A program made the translations under genes and the position numbers. From positions 19,468,001-19,532,000 of the forward strand of contig NC_043012.1 in assembly GCF_006345805.1 (NCBI RefSeq): 64,000 nt of DNA, read 5' to 3'. The stretch comes from Octopus sinensis (taxonomy: Eukaryota). Below the pieces are notes generated by a model. That model did not search any database. It had not been told where the DNA came from and was given only the letters and a program-made list of their open reading frames with translations. Shown in pieces: positions 14,028 to 28,009 of the stretch. How positions within the stretch are numbered: the first letter of the stretch is position 1; each line of letters opens with the position of its first letter.

Positions 14028-14569
14028 ATGCAGTTAGGTAATCAAATATTGTTACATACAAAATGAAAGTGACTTGAAGGAGACATTTATGTAGATACTT
14101 AATAGACATGTAATTCTGCTATTACTTATGTTAAAGCGACGAGCATACGACCACATATATGCCCCCAACGAATTAAGGTCCAGAAAAATGGATATTTTGT
14201 TAATTTAAATTACAAATACGTTTGGTGTAGATTTTGATTGCGAAGAAAAGACGCAGAGGTAGCTGAGGAGTCATTTTCCGAAAATTTATACCAGTCTACT
14301 TTGTTTCTTCTCAACATTCGGAGAAATGCGTATTTTTAAGTGAAATTTTACTGCAAATACTTTCTAGAATGTGTACATTTTATTATATCGGTATTTGATG
14401 TGAAAAGACAAATGGAGAATTGTTTTTAAATAGTATGCAGTTATGTAATCAAACATTGTTACATGCAAAATGAAAGTGACTTGAAGGAAACCGATGTGTA
14501 GATACTTAATAGATATGTAATCCTGGTATTACTTATGTTAAAGCGACGAGCATACGACCACATATATGC
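14028..14569. repeat. ~135-bp direct repeat pair
   Basis: 14028-14162 and 14435-14569, both ending ttacttatgttaaagcgacgagcatacgaccacatatatgc. Confidence 0.85.
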
Positions 14570-15381
14570 AGACGTAGCCAAACATAGGCAATAGCACGCA
14601 TCACAATTTGTTTGAGATTTTAAGTTTCACTTTGAAGATATATGTGATGTGAGTCAGCCAATTTCTGTACCAGCCCACCTATGTCATATTCATATCTATT
14701 TCCGATATAATCTTAATCTGGGTTAATGTATATATCTTGGCCCGGAAATGATTAACCGTAATCTGTAAACACAGGGAAATTTTGTATAAAATTTCATGGA
14801 AAATATATTTATTTTTTCTGAGAATTACAAGGAAACAAGTGCGGCTGATGTTTATTTTCCGAAGCTCTTCTCGCCACCTACGTAATATGCTTTCACTATA
14901 AATTCTGATATAACCGGAAACAATACCACCTGGAGCGTATTTGTAAGAAATTTCAGTAAAAAATTCATCCATGTTTTCTGGAACTTATCAGGACAGAAAT
15001 TCGGAGGGGCACACATATGAAGTTATGCCAAGCAATAAAATAACAATTCTCAGTAGAACACTGGCAAAGCATGCAACAGTGGAAAATATAAAATTTAAAG
15101 CGATGAGCTATGAGATGAAATAATGCAAAGTAGTTAACAGAGCATGCATTGAATATGAATACAGAAACAGAGAAAGAAGCATAAGTGCTTGTATGGATAT
15201 CTGAAAATGCTTGCCAAATTAAAATCACTGAATGCTTGAGTTCGCAGATAAACTTAAACTGCAGTCCGCTAATGAACACTTCGCGCAGGCCGGGGCCAGT
15301 ATGAAAAGTAGACTGAATTATCATTCCACATGTCTTGCTGGAAATCCATAATAACCATCGAAGTTTCAAGCTAATATCGAA

Positions 15382-15431
<50 letters not shown>

Positions 15432-15595
15432 CCTGCGTAAATACACATGTTCATGCAAATCTACTTATTTCATTATATATTAATGCGGTGGCCCAGTATG
15501 ACCACAATTTTAAAGCTAAAGCTAGCTAAAGAGTATATGCGTGTGTACGTTTGCCTGCGTGTACGTTTGTGTGTGTATGTGTGTATGTATGTATG

Positions 15596-15630
<35 letters not shown>

Positions 15631-15960
15631 TTATATACATGTGTGTGTGCGTGTATGCTTGTGTGTCTGTATCTGTCTGTGTGTCCGTGTCTGTCTGTGT
15701 GCGTGCGAATGTGTATGTAGGTGCGTGTATCATTCCACTGGTAATTTTTTTTCTATTCGTTTAAATGCTTTTCGAAATAAATATAGCTTTCGATTTAATG
15801 ACAGCGAAGAAGCTATAAAATGCCAGAAACGCCACTGCTTCTCAGAGTGGAAATAGCTCTTAGCAAATGAAGTTGACGATGTAATTCCTCTGGTTCATTA
15901 TATATCCATAAAAATATATGTATATATGTGTATAAACATGTGCGTGTAAGTGTGTGAGTG

Positions 15961-15992
<32 letters not shown>

Positions 15993-16504
15993 CACATACA
16001 TATATGCATACATATATACATATATAGAGAGAGATAGTTAGAGAGAGTGAAAGAAAGAGAGATCGATAAAGAGAAAGACATCACTATGTATATATATATA
16101 TATATATATATTATAAATATAAATAAATACACACACACACACACGCACATATATATATGTGTGTGTGTGTGTATCTACATATACATATATACATATACAC
16201 ATATACCCATATATATATATATATATATATACATATATATATCCATATATATGCTCACACACACAACTACACACACAGAACAACGCACCAACAATGACAC
16301 ACCTATATGAATTTTTGAATTTTGGGATGTGTTCGTTTGAATGTCGGAATGTGCGTGTATGTTTTATACTTGTCTAAGTATCGGCGCCCCTGACATCCAC
16401 TTGTCTCTGGAATCCAAGGTGAATGCAATAGTCAATATGTCCTACAACATTAATTATTTATCTTGGATACAATTCAATGAGTGTAAAGAGCACAGCAGAT
16501 GTGT

Positions 16505-16930
16505 AGGAGTGGCTCTGTGGTAAGTAGTTTGCTTACGAACCAGATGCTGTCGGTTTCAGTCCCACTGCGTGACACCGTGGGCGAGTGTCTTCTGCTATAG
16601 CCTCAGGCCAACCAAAGCCTTGTGAGTGGATTTAGCAGACGAAAACTGAAAGAAGCCCGTCATATATAAATTTATATGTGTACGTATGTATGTGTGTGTG
16701 TGTGTGTGTGTAAACGTTTGTGTGTCTGTGTTTGTCTCCCAAACATCGTTTGACAATCGATGCTAGTGTATTTACGTCCCCGTAACTTAGCGGCACGGCA
16801 AAAGATACCGATAGAATATGTACTAGACTTACAAAGAATAAGTCCTAAAGTCGATTTGCTCGACGACTAAAGGGGGTGCTCCAGTATGGCCACAGTCAAA
16901 TGACTGAAGCAAGTAAAAGAGTAAATGAGC
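16505..16930 (+). mobile_element. tRNA-derived SINE family A, full length
   Basis: Head ggagtggctctgtggtaag...ggtttcagtccc (A/B-box-like), internal (TG)n, tail gactgaagcaagtaaaagag. Homologous to five other copies in the window. Confidence 0.85.
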
Positions 16931-17967
16931 ATATTTTTCATTTATTGTTTTACTTGTTTCAATATATTACCTCATAGAATTCTGGGACTGAATATCTGAT
17001 GCTGGACCACACTCCTGAAATGTTTCCTTGCACCACATATTTTTAGAGCCTCTTAGGCCATTCTGTCACCGATCTTGTACGGTTAGGCTGAACTTGAGGA
17101 AATAGTGCAGCATTGGACCAACGAACTCTTTAACCATTGTTTTGTTTCTCTAATACTTGTTCAGCAGAATGAGTTTCTGGTTAGAAAACTACAGTTACAT
17201 TGTTTTTTTTTTTGTTTTTTTCGATCATCTTTACGATTCGTAAACGGGAGTCGAACCTTTAAACACAAGTTTGAGAGGCAATTTGTCATAACTACGTAAC
17301 CGTATTCATAACCATCTTCCTTGTCTGTTTGCTCTAAGATCATTCGTATTTAAGAGGAAGACTGAAAAAATATTTAGAATATTTTAATGTTAATAAATTC
17401 ATGTATGATAAACGTTCGGTGTATTTAATCTGATGCTATGTTTATTCTAAAACATCAAGTTTTTTTTTTCTCCGTTGATATGTAACACATAAAGATATTA
17501 AGCTAATAAATATTTCTTAGGATGACGTATCCATAACATTTTATCGATCCCAGTGAGATGAAAGACAAATTAGTCTCTGAAGTATACGATCCTATTCCGA
17601 AAATGTTAACAATAAATATAGTTAAACATTTACCCTGACGTTTTACAGATTTTGTCAGATTAATTCCTTTTAGACGATGTACATAATATACTTTCAGTAA
17701 ATCTTGACGTGATTTAATTTAAATAAATTAATGTAATAGCAACTTTTAAATTCAAATGATGCTGCTTCGAATCGTTCAGCATATGCTGGTAGAAGCACGG
17801 CAGATGATGTTTTATATTGATAGATATAACAGTTGAGGTTACTCTGTCAGTTCTTCTTCAACAACCATATCTTTAACAACGTCTCGTCCCCTCGTTGAAA
17901 GTATTACTTCACATATGTGCGTTTGTGTACGCGTACATGTGTGTATGTGTGTTTATGTATATTTATG

Positions 17968-18072
<105 letters not shown>

Positions 18073-18785
18073 AGATGTGACTTATATCTAACCGTCCGTG
18101 GAAAGGCTAAATAGTTTCTATTGGTTGTTAAAATCACCGCGGTAATCGTAGTATACTTGCTTTTATTATCCTTTGTTTCCACAGCGGACAACGATGACAT
18201 AAGCTAAACTATCAATTTTCTTTGGATTTAATCTTAAACAATACTTTGAGATGAATCTGAAATGAATTCAACGGGTTAGGAATCAGAATCAGCTCGGAGA
18301 GGATATGAAAAGTTCGCACAAGACTAGTCACTTTGTATATATATCGACACCTGTGGAGAAATCCCACGTCTATCTTTTTTCTAGTAGAATACATGTGTCG
18401 CCATCAAATATCGCTGCGTCATTAGTTCAACAGTGGGGTTCCAACGGATCATCCGATATGATAATTCATTTTTTCTAAGTAATCATTATCAGACTCAACA
18501 TGGTTTTCAATTCACCCTACACACGTACATTTTGCGCCAACAATCCACAATATCTGCAACACATAGACATTCCTGTAATGTTTGTCAGTTTCTTATGCTA
18601 AAATGTTAATAGCCCGATTGCATAATTACCAAAACTTCAAAGTAGACGTCTTGGGCGAGACTTTGTGGCAAAGAGATTGCTTCCCACATGGTCCGGCTTC
18701 AGTTCGACTACGTCATACTTGGTTGTATAACTTGAAATTTAGTCGCGGACGAACAAGGACACAATACACACACACACACACACAC

Positions 18786-18851
<66 letters not shown>

Positions 18852-19076
18852 TGAGAAGTTGAGGTTATAAGAGATAATGGTGTCATTGATACCCAAAAGT
18901 ATCAGGTAATGCTGAATAAGTGCTATGGACAGACCATAGATAAGTTCCAGATTCTGTAATATTGCGAATAAAGGGTCAACGTTGGTTCTATGTCAGCGTG
19001 TGTATATATGAATCTTTTGCGTAATGAGATAAAAAAAACAAGGCTGTATAGATATTAGAGCATTTATAGATAGAAG

Positions 19077-19131
19077 GTCTTACAGCTGTTTCTAGAATAT
19101 TAATTAATAATAATATCCCTTCATCGGAGAC
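19077..19131 (-). ncRNA. Type I hammerhead ribozyme (U4C variant) in a probable PLE terminal-repeat remnant
   Basis: Minus strand gucu CCGAUGA a-gggauauua..uaauauucu-a GAAAC agcu GUA agac. Nearby 19347-19362 and 19465-19520 resemble the terminus of the 3421-10652 element. Confidence 0.6.
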
Positions 19132-20724
19132 AATGTGAGAGGATGGTTAAGTAATAGTTATTTTCGATGTGATACAAATAGAGAGTGAGGTGGACGAAAG
19201 AATATAAATGTAAGATATGTATGGTTAATGAGTTCATAAATCCGTATAATTGGCATAATGGTATATATGTGTAATATTCCAATATCCGTTGAGCAAAATC
19301 CAAAAGTCCAACAGAGTTTAATATATATATATGAATTAAATTAGAGATAAAACCACTATTAGGCAACTCAAACAGTGATAGACCTAAACCAAAACATAAA
19401 AAACAAAAAAAAATATAATTAATATAATATATAATATATATATATATAAATATTAAATATAAAATTTAATCCTAAATCTAATTTTTCCCTGTAAGTTTGG
19501 ATATACTCCCTAATATTATATATATATATTCTTTTATTCTTTTGTTCTTTTACTTGTTTCAGTCATTTGACTGTGGCCAATACGTTCTCTTACCGGCAAA
19601 GGTCACTGTAGTAAATTATTTTCTGCATATCATTTTTAACCTATCACAGTGCAATAACTAAAGCCCTCGACGGAAGAATATGTTTTTTCCATAAGAGTCG
19701 AACCTACCTTTTTGTTTTCGCGACAAGAATGCTACCATTACACTTGCGCACAACCTGTTTCATTGCGTCACACGTATGATCTATAATTATTTCGTAGTGT
19801 TGTTTTTGTAAACTAACTTACAGGTGTTTTCATATCTTATATAATGTTATGGAATACATGACATAATGCGTGAACAAATGTAATAATCTTGCTATTTTCC
19901 ATTCACTTCGGATGTTATGATTCAAAAACACGATCGTCACCCTATTTGCGGACGCGATTGTAATGTCAGTTTGACTTCTCCTTACCTCATTTAAATTATC
20001 ACTCTGCAGGGTTTCCACTAAGTCTACTGGATCTAATCTCGGTGATTCATATGTTTACATTTGGTACCGTTGTTTCACTTTACGGATGCTTATTTACCCG
20101 TCCATTATGATATTTTAACTGTTGTCCATTTTTTCAAAAAACGTTTTACCATTGTAGTTGCAGGGCTTTTTAAACAATCACATTATCCCAAAGAATCAAC
20201 ATAACAGTTTTCCTTCCATTACCAAAAGCTTTACGTATCTTTCCGAAAACTCCATACCAACTTAACTTTATGCGACATTCGCTGTTATTTTATGTGCAGG
20301 CTATGTGGGAAGGCAGAATAAAGGGGCTTTTGTTGGCGTATCTCACCGAAACAAGCTCCATTTGTCTTTCAATGAAATAAACTCGCAGGGGAGAGGTTTC
20401 AAAGTCTTCCTTCAATTTCCTTACACCATTTAAATGGCTGTTTCTGACAAGAAATTTCGCTTTTTTATAAAAGAAATATATTTTGTTGTCATTATCCGTA
20501 GTCTACTCCCAATACACTTCAGTAGCTCTACTTTGCATCGCTTGCCATCTTATATGATCATTAAAGTGCAGCGACAGCCGCAATTTTCCATTCCTAGGTT
20601 AATCGGAAACATAGATTGTCATGCTACTCATAAGCCTTCTCGGTAGTTTAATTATTTGGTGAAAAACATGTCAACAAAGAAACTTCAACCGTCCAAACGA
20701 CGGGTGCGTTTGCTAGTATATATA

Positions 20725-21134
20725 TCTCTTTCTCTTTTCTCTTTTACTTGTTTCAGTCATTTGACTCCGGCCATGCTGGAGCACCGACTTTAATCGAGCA
20801 ACTCGACCCCGGAACTTATTCTTTTGTAAGCCCAGTACTTATTCTATCGGTCTCTTTTGCCGAACCGCTAAGTTACGGGGACATAAACACACCAGCATTG
20901 GTTGTCAAGCAATGCAAGGGGAACAAACACAGACACACAAACACACACACGCATATATATATATATATATACATATATACGAAGGGCTTCTTTCAGTTTC
21001 CGTCTACCAAATCCACTCACAAGGCTTTGGTCGGCCCGAGGCTATAATAGAAGACACTTGCCCAAGGTGCCACGCATTGGGACTGAACCCGGAACCATGT
21101 GGTTGGTAAACAAGCTACTTACCACACAGCCACT
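20725..21134 (-). mobile_element. tRNA-derived SINE family A, full length
   Basis: Reverse complement of the 16505-16930 layout. Confidence 0.9.
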
Positions 21135-21715
21135 ATAATTTTAAAATTCGTTAATTGTAACTTTACGGGTGTGCAAATAAAGCTATGCCGGTTACCGTGT
21201 AATGATGCTGTCTAGTAATTCAGTTTTTTGAGGTTGGATATTGTGATACATCCACTAGTGCACTATCGCCTGATGAAATGAATCAATGATGATGATCACT
21301 CGGAAAGCCACGGATAATATGGACTATAGTGTGCTAATCCCGAGGACACTAATTCCGCTGTCACGAACATGCGATTTGTGGAAACGCGTGTAGCGGTATT
21401 GCATATATATTCCATCATAGGGTTGCTGTTATTGTTATATATATATATATTATATATAATAAGAGAGAGATGCGAGAGAGAGTGAGAGTGTTATAACAAT
21501 TCTTGTTATTGTTCCATTAGCAGCAAGCATATTATTCCAAATTCAGAAATAGATCCGTACAACTTCCAGTGATATTAAAGGGACCTCTACACAATACTGT
21601 GGTTAGAGCCAGTAGCCTTAATATAAGCTTTACAACGTGAATTACAAAAGTGATGATTTAGATGAGGATCAGGCAAGACAAAGTGACACTACAACTATAT
21701 ATATATATATATATA

Positions 21716-22120
21716 TAATAGACATATTAAAATTACTAAGTGTCTATAAAAGAGATTACGACAGTAAACGCTGTCGTAATCTCTTTTATAGAGACTTAGT
21801 AATTTTAATATTTCTATTATTGAAAACAAGTGGATGTATTCCACTGAAACTAGGTAAATATAAGCCTTCGAACAGAGACGTCAGTGGCGACACCTGCGGG
21901 GTCTGACTGCGCTACATTGACAAGGGACAATACCCCGAAACGCGTCTGTAGCTGTCGGACTGGCAGTGTGAAGCGGCTGACCTCCTTGTTCGAAGGTTAT
22001 AATGGATACAGATCGTGTATCAATAGCTATCTAAGGCGGTGGCCTCATGGAGCTGACCAGCGGCAGCGATTATTCTTATATCTATAAGAATGTCATATTA
22101 ATTGGCGATAACAATTAATT
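21716..22120. mobile_element. Long-TIR foldback MITE family, copy 1 (left arm partly deleted)
   Basis: Homologous to 22205-22644 and flanked by (TA)n. Confidence 0.75.
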
Positions 22121-22124
22121 CTAT

Positions 22125-22194
<70 letters not shown>

Positions 22195-22204
22195 TATATA
22201 TAAT

Positions 22205-22644
22205 AGAAATATTAAAGTCTCTCTAAGTCTCTCTAAAAGAGATTACGGCAGCGTTACTGGAAATTAATTGTTATCGCCATATTAATGTGGCAGTCTTATA
22301 AATATAAGACTAAAAGCTGTCGCTGATTAGCTCCATGAGGCCATCGCCTTAAGATAGCTATTTGACACCGAAACTAGGTAAATAAAACCTTCGAACAGAT
22401 ACGATCAGTGGCGACACCTGCTGGGTCGACTACGCTACATTGACAAAGGGCAAATACCCTGAAACGCGTCTGTAGCTGTCTGACTAGCAGTTTGAAGCGG
22501 CTGACCTCCTTGTTCGAAGGTTATAATGGACACAGTTTGTGTTGTCAAATAGCTATCTTAAGGCGATGGCCTCATGGAGCTAATCAGCGACAGCTTTTAG
22601 TTTTATATCTATAGACTGCCATATTAATATGGATAACAATTAAT
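22205..22644. mobile_element. Long-TIR foldback MITE family, copy 2
   Basis: The arm starting attaattgttatc at 22263 is the reverse complement of the arm ending gataacaattaat at 22644 (>100 bp). Inner aaccttcgaaca/tgttcgaaggtt repeat. Sits in (TA)n. Confidence 0.85.
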
Positions 22645-22666
22645 ATAATATATATATATATATTAT

Positions 22667-22723
<57 letters not shown>

Positions 22724-22783
22724 ACAAGATCAAGGTAGAATATGCTAAAATAATTTTATAAAAACATTTCAGTAACGGTTTCA

Positions 22784-23305
22784 GTCATTGAGACTTTTTC
22801 ATCTGTAAGTATGGAAAACAATTAAACTTTCGAAAAATTAAAATAAATGTTTTTTTAAAAGAATATTTGCATAATGTTCAAAGTGGCATTTTCCTTGTTT
22901 CTGACTGTCTCTGTCTCTCTTGTTTACTCTTATGGGTTCGAGGTTGTTTAAATATTCTTGGTAGGAAAGAAAAAGAACAGAAGTAGGAGTAGTAGAAGGA
23001 GGAGAAGAAGAAGAATGTGGGAGTGCCATGACAGTAGTATGTTAAATGGCCAACTGCCCGCTGTGGATGATAGTAGAATAGTCAAGTGACTCGCTGTGGG
23101 TGGTAGTAGTAATTGTTGAATTCCTGAGACATCTGTTTTAAATAAAATATTCAAAAGAGATGTTTCTGGAATTCTACGATTACTACTACCACCCACAGCG
23201 AGTCACTTGGCTATTCTACTATCATCCACATCTGGCAGTTGAGCATTTAACATACTACTGTCATGGCACTCCCACATACTTCTTCTTCGCCTCCTCCTCC
23301 TTCTT

Positions 23306-23373
<68 letters not shown>

Positions 23374-23645
23374 AGTCACTGCCTGGATTCGAACTCGGAA
23401 TCTTGGGGTTAGTACCGCGAGCTCTTAAACACTATGCCATGTGCCACTTCTGCTTCCCTACCAAGGATTCACAAAGGCCTCGAACCCATAAGACTAAACA
23501 AGAGAGACAGAGACAGACATAAACAAAGAAAATGTCACTTGTATTTGAACACTATCCAAATATCCGTTTAAAAAAACTTTTCTTTTAATTATTCCAAAAT
23601 GTAATTGCTTTCCATACTCACAGTTGAAAAAGTTTTCAACCTGAC
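22784..23645. mobile_element. Nested foldback element
   Basis: Outer inverted arms 22784-22943 / 23478-23645. Inner inverted arms 23004-23134 / 23158-23290. tRNA-like SINE head at 23372-23445. Confidence 0.8.
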
Positions 23646-23724
23646 TTTTGCCATATACATCAATTCGTGTGTTCCTTTTCAAACTCCTACATAAATACAT
23701 ACATACATACATACATACATACAT

Positions 23725-23806
<82 letters not shown>

Positions 23807-23889
23807 TCACGAAACGCGGCCTCCTGACAGCAAAATAGCTCTAACAGCCACATCAGAGCTGGGAAAGCGCAGGCCAGCCCAGCAAGCCA

Positions 23890-24115
23890 AATTGCAGAGA
23901 GTGGACGAAATAGTCGTACCCGGCTCGATATGTTATGTAATGTAGTTCTTCGACGCTCGGTTCTCTTCGACTGGTCATACCGCATATATTCTCCGACTAT
24001 CTTCGTTGCCAACTTTTCACTAACTGTACATTCAGGTCGCATGACTTCACATTAACCGTTCACATCGCGAAAGCTATCTTCCATGCGTTCGCTCAATGCT
24101 GTATATAGTCCACCT
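23890..24115 (-). pseudogene. Possible Merlin/ISXO2-like transposase fragment
   Basis: A minus frame reads IYAV*PVEENRASKNYIT*HIEPGTTISS, resembling the F.V.V..R...L..II..HI.PGTTI.SD motif. Confidence 0.4.
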
Positions 24116-24357
24116 CAGAGTATAAGTGCGCAAAAAGAAGACATGCAACATACTTTTAATCAGTCACGTGATCAATGAACATTATTTCTCATTAGAATAA
24201 ATTATTGATGCATCATTGGTTTTTCTTTTCTAGAACAAGAGAACAATATTTCGATTTTGTTACGACTGTTTAAAATCATATTTATCAGAATATTTTTCCT
24301 TCATAACAATATATGCACGGAGAGAGAGAGAGAGAGAGAGAGAGCAAGAGAGAAAGA

Positions 24358-24415
<58 letters not shown>

Positions 24416-24671
24416 AGAGCTTGCACTGTTTAGAATCGAAAGACTAATTGTGAAGGGAGATATATCATATTTCATTCAATAAAAATGTCCTAAGTTATAG
24501 AAAATTGAAATTTGGAAACTAGTGTGAATTCGGAATGTATTAGTATATACTGACAGAATTATTACACCTTTCAGCGACATAGTCATCCCGCTACAATGAA
24601 GTACATTCCATTTGCAAGAGTGAAAATGTTCTTCAAATAGCCAATATATAAACACCTATCACCCTTTCAGC

Positions 24672-24707
<36 letters not shown>

Positions 24708-24740
24708 GCATAGAAACACAGTCTATCTCTATCTTTCTAT

Positions 24741-24947
24741 ACTCTTTTACTCTCTCTTTTAGTTGTTACAGCCATTTGACTGCGGCCATGATGGAGTACC
24801 GCCTTTAGTCGAGGAAATCGACCCCCGGGATTTATTCTTTGTAAGCCCAGTACTTATTCTATCGCTCACTTTTGCCGAACCGCTAAGATACGGGGACGTA
24901 AAGACACCAACATCGGTTGTCAAACGATGTTGGGAGGACAAACACAG

Positions 24948-25014
<67 letters not shown>

Positions 25015-25160
25015 CGACGGGCTTCTTTCCGTTTCTGTCTACCAAATCCACTCACAAGGCTTTGGTCGGCCCGAGGCTATAGTAAAAAGACACTTGTCCA
25101 AGGTGCCACGCAGTGGGACTGAACCCGGAATCATGTGGTTGATAAGCAAGTTCCTTACCA
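24741..25160 (-). mobile_element. tRNA-derived SINE family A
   Basis: Near-identical to 20725-21134. Confidence 0.88.
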
Positions 25161-25385
25161 ATAAAAGATGCGTCCTTTTAAAGCCTAGCCAGGCTCATGG
25201 GCCCGGTTTCCCGGTTTCTATGGCGTATGTGTTTCCCAGCTGGACGGGACGCCAGTCCATCGCAACGTTACTCAGTTTTGCCAGCTGAGTGAACTGGAGC
25301 AACGTGAAATGAAGTGTTTTGCTCAAATTGAAACCACAATATTACGATCATGATGCTGACACCCTAACCACTAAGCTACGTGCCT
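25161..25385 (-). mobile_element. Probable SINE of a third family abutting the SINE-A head
   Basis: GC-richer body (agctgagtgaactggagcaacgtgaaatgaagtg) ending in a tRNA-like head remnant (ccctaaccactaagctac). Confidence 0.55.
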
Positions 25386-26714
25386 CATATTTATGTATTT
25401 ATTGTGTAAAGAACAAGTCAGGAGAGTGACTGTAATATGACACCTTTCCAGACATCTCCGTTGATTAGACTGAAAATTCCGATAAGATAATAGGTACAAC
25501 ACAACTTCTTTACGAAATTAAAAAAATGTTGTTTACCATTCTTTAATCACCTGTGTAAAAATTGTTGGCTGGAAAAAGTCGTTGGTTGGTAAAGTTGTTT
25601 CCAATGTCCAACGGGTATATATTACATAACATTACCTATTGTCCGAAGTGTTTTCTTTCCAGATACTCCTTCCTACTTGAATACAATGTCATTCTACATA
25701 CATACATGTACACATGCAACCATATAGACTCAGATGCTTGAACACATACCTCCACACCCACATACACATACACTGTGAGTGAGAGGAAGAGTGAGACAGA
25801 GTGTGCTCGTGAGAAATGAAGTAGCAAAGCTGTTTCAGAATATGAGCGATGTTCAGACGGGGCTCTTTATCCATCGATCATTCCATGTGTTATATACACT
25901 TAAAGTAAGGCCTCATATATATAATATACAAGACTGAAACTTCCATTTGATGGATGCGAAGCGAATGGTATACCACTGTGGGTCAATGATGTCTGACGTT
26001 TGTGTATAATTAATGTTCATTTGGAGGTCATAAAACTAAGAACATCGTTAATATGACAGCTGCGTAACTTTGTCTTTTGTTTCATTCACTGATATCCCCC
26101 AGACATTTGACAAAAACGCACAATAGATGTCTATATTCCACTGTCTTATTTGAAGAGAAGAATGCATCCTCAAACTTTTAGTCATTATGAAATATCGACT
26201 TCATTCATTACAGCCGCTAATAAATACAAATATTAAGCCATTTAAATATGACAATCTTTGGTAGAATATAGAAATATAGAATGGCTTTAAACAATTGACA
26301 AAGAAAACAAAGATATACAATATAATATTGCTAAATAATACTATATTGTTTATTGATAGTCATAATTCAATATACCTAGATAATAAACATTTTTTCGTAG
26401 AGTAGATTGACAATTCCCACATAAACAATTTTTTAATAGTATTAATAAAGAAAACGTTTGATAGAACTAGAAAAATAAGTCTATAAAAGCAAACATAATT
26501 TGATAAGCAGAGTATCTACATAGAAAATCAATTTGAAAAACAATGAAATTATAATCAATATAGTCAGATAATTTACATTTATATTTACATTTTATATGTA
26601 TAAGATTAAATTTTAAATAGAGTAGAAACTTTAGTATCAATGACGAACACGTACACGACAATATAAGATTTAGCAAGAAAAATTTAAGTATATATAAAAG
26701 AAGAAGTATAAATA

Positions 26715-26829
26715 TAATGATGATGATGATGATGATGATGACCATGATACTCTTTATAATAATGACAGTACTAGATATTATTATTATTATTATTATTATT
26801 ATCATATTATTATTATCATTCGTCTTCTT

Positions 26830-26893
<64 letters not shown>

Positions 26894-26914
26894 TATTATT
26901 ATTATTATTATTAC

Positions 26915-26978
<64 letters not shown>
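26715..26978. repeat. Compound (GAT)/(TAT)/(TCT)/(TAT)n microsatellite
   Basis: Direct reading. Confidence 0.95.
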
Positions 26979-26982
<4 letters not shown>

Positions 26983-27385
26983 TCACATTTCATGTTTAAC
27001 TTTTGCTTTACGTTTGAACAACTTGGATCAAAATCCCACCTAGAGACCCCAAGAGACAAGTTGGAAGTTCGTGTTGACGTTATGCCTAGGGTATCATAGA
27101 TTTGGTTTTGTACATTTGGTTTTGTCGTTCTAGAGCATGTTTAAGAAACCATAAGAAAATTATGTTTGTTTTAAAATTTGAGATTACATAGATAGTATTT
27201 TGCGTAAGATATGGGCAGTTCCCATGAGCACTATCTTTTGAATTTCTGTCATTTTGGGGTTTCTTGGTATCTGAACTAGGTAGCAATCAGTCTCTTTTGC
27301 TATCATTCCCAGGGCACCTATGTCAACAGGTATTGTTTAATCTTCAGGTTTTGCTAATTTTAATTTCAAGATCTTTATACTTGCT
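26979..27385 (-). mobile_element. R4/Dong-like (RLE) LINE 3' end, subfamily 1
   Basis: Minus frames give KLSKYKDLEIKISK...IVLMGTAHILRKILSM*, then a 3' UTR running into (AAT)n. Confidence 0.75.
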
Positions 27386-27474
27386 CAGTTTTTGGTAGGT
27401 ATTGTGAGATATGTTTATATCGATTCGGATAATCATATCAATGAGGAGACACGATGTTTGTTGTGTTGTTGTTG

Positions 27475-27519
<45 letters not shown>

Positions 27520-27520
<1 letters not shown>

Positions 27521-27995
27521 CATTGCCTTTGCACAGCTTCTAACGCTGGATATGTACTATGGTGTCAGCTGAACTAAGGTAACACCCTATATCTATCGAG
27601 CACCTTCCGGAGTATATGACCTGTTCCAAGCAGTGCTGTTTTCTACAAGTGCTCCACACTTATGGCAGCCCCTATTTGTTGCATGTACTTCTCAAGAATT
27701 TTCCTCACGGTTCCTAGGGTTCCGACAATTACTGGTACCACTACCACTTGTATCATCGACCACAACTGCTTAACCTCCTAAGCTCTCGACTTTTCTTTCT
27801 TCCTTATCGCATACCTTGTTGTCAGCTGGGCATGCAATATATGATTTAGCATAGTTTGCTTTCATTCTCAAGACTATGTCTGGTCTCCTATTCTCTATGA
27901 CATGGACGCACTGAATCATAAAATTCCACAAGATGATTGCATTATCATTTTCTATGATGCCTTCAGGTTTACGGTCGTAACAATTTTTACTCTGT
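27520..27995 (-). mobile_element. R4/Dong-like LINE 3' end, subfamily 2
   Basis: Minus frames resemble PEGIIENDNAIILWNFMIQC..RRPDIVL..IACPADNKV..VVVPVIVGTLGTVRK..QKTALLGT. RLE PD motif and (AAT)n tail. Confidence 0.8.
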
Positions 27996-28009
27996 CAAGT
28001 CCCCACCTC

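Noticed and set aside
19800-20650. Possible BEL/Pao integrase remnant on the minus strand (KSPFILPSH...FW...C)
   Set aside because: Too many stops and too weak a match to call without a search.
23372-23445. tRNA gene (also 37183-37230)
   Set aside because: Only SINE-type tRNA-like heads. No complete cloverleaf could be built.
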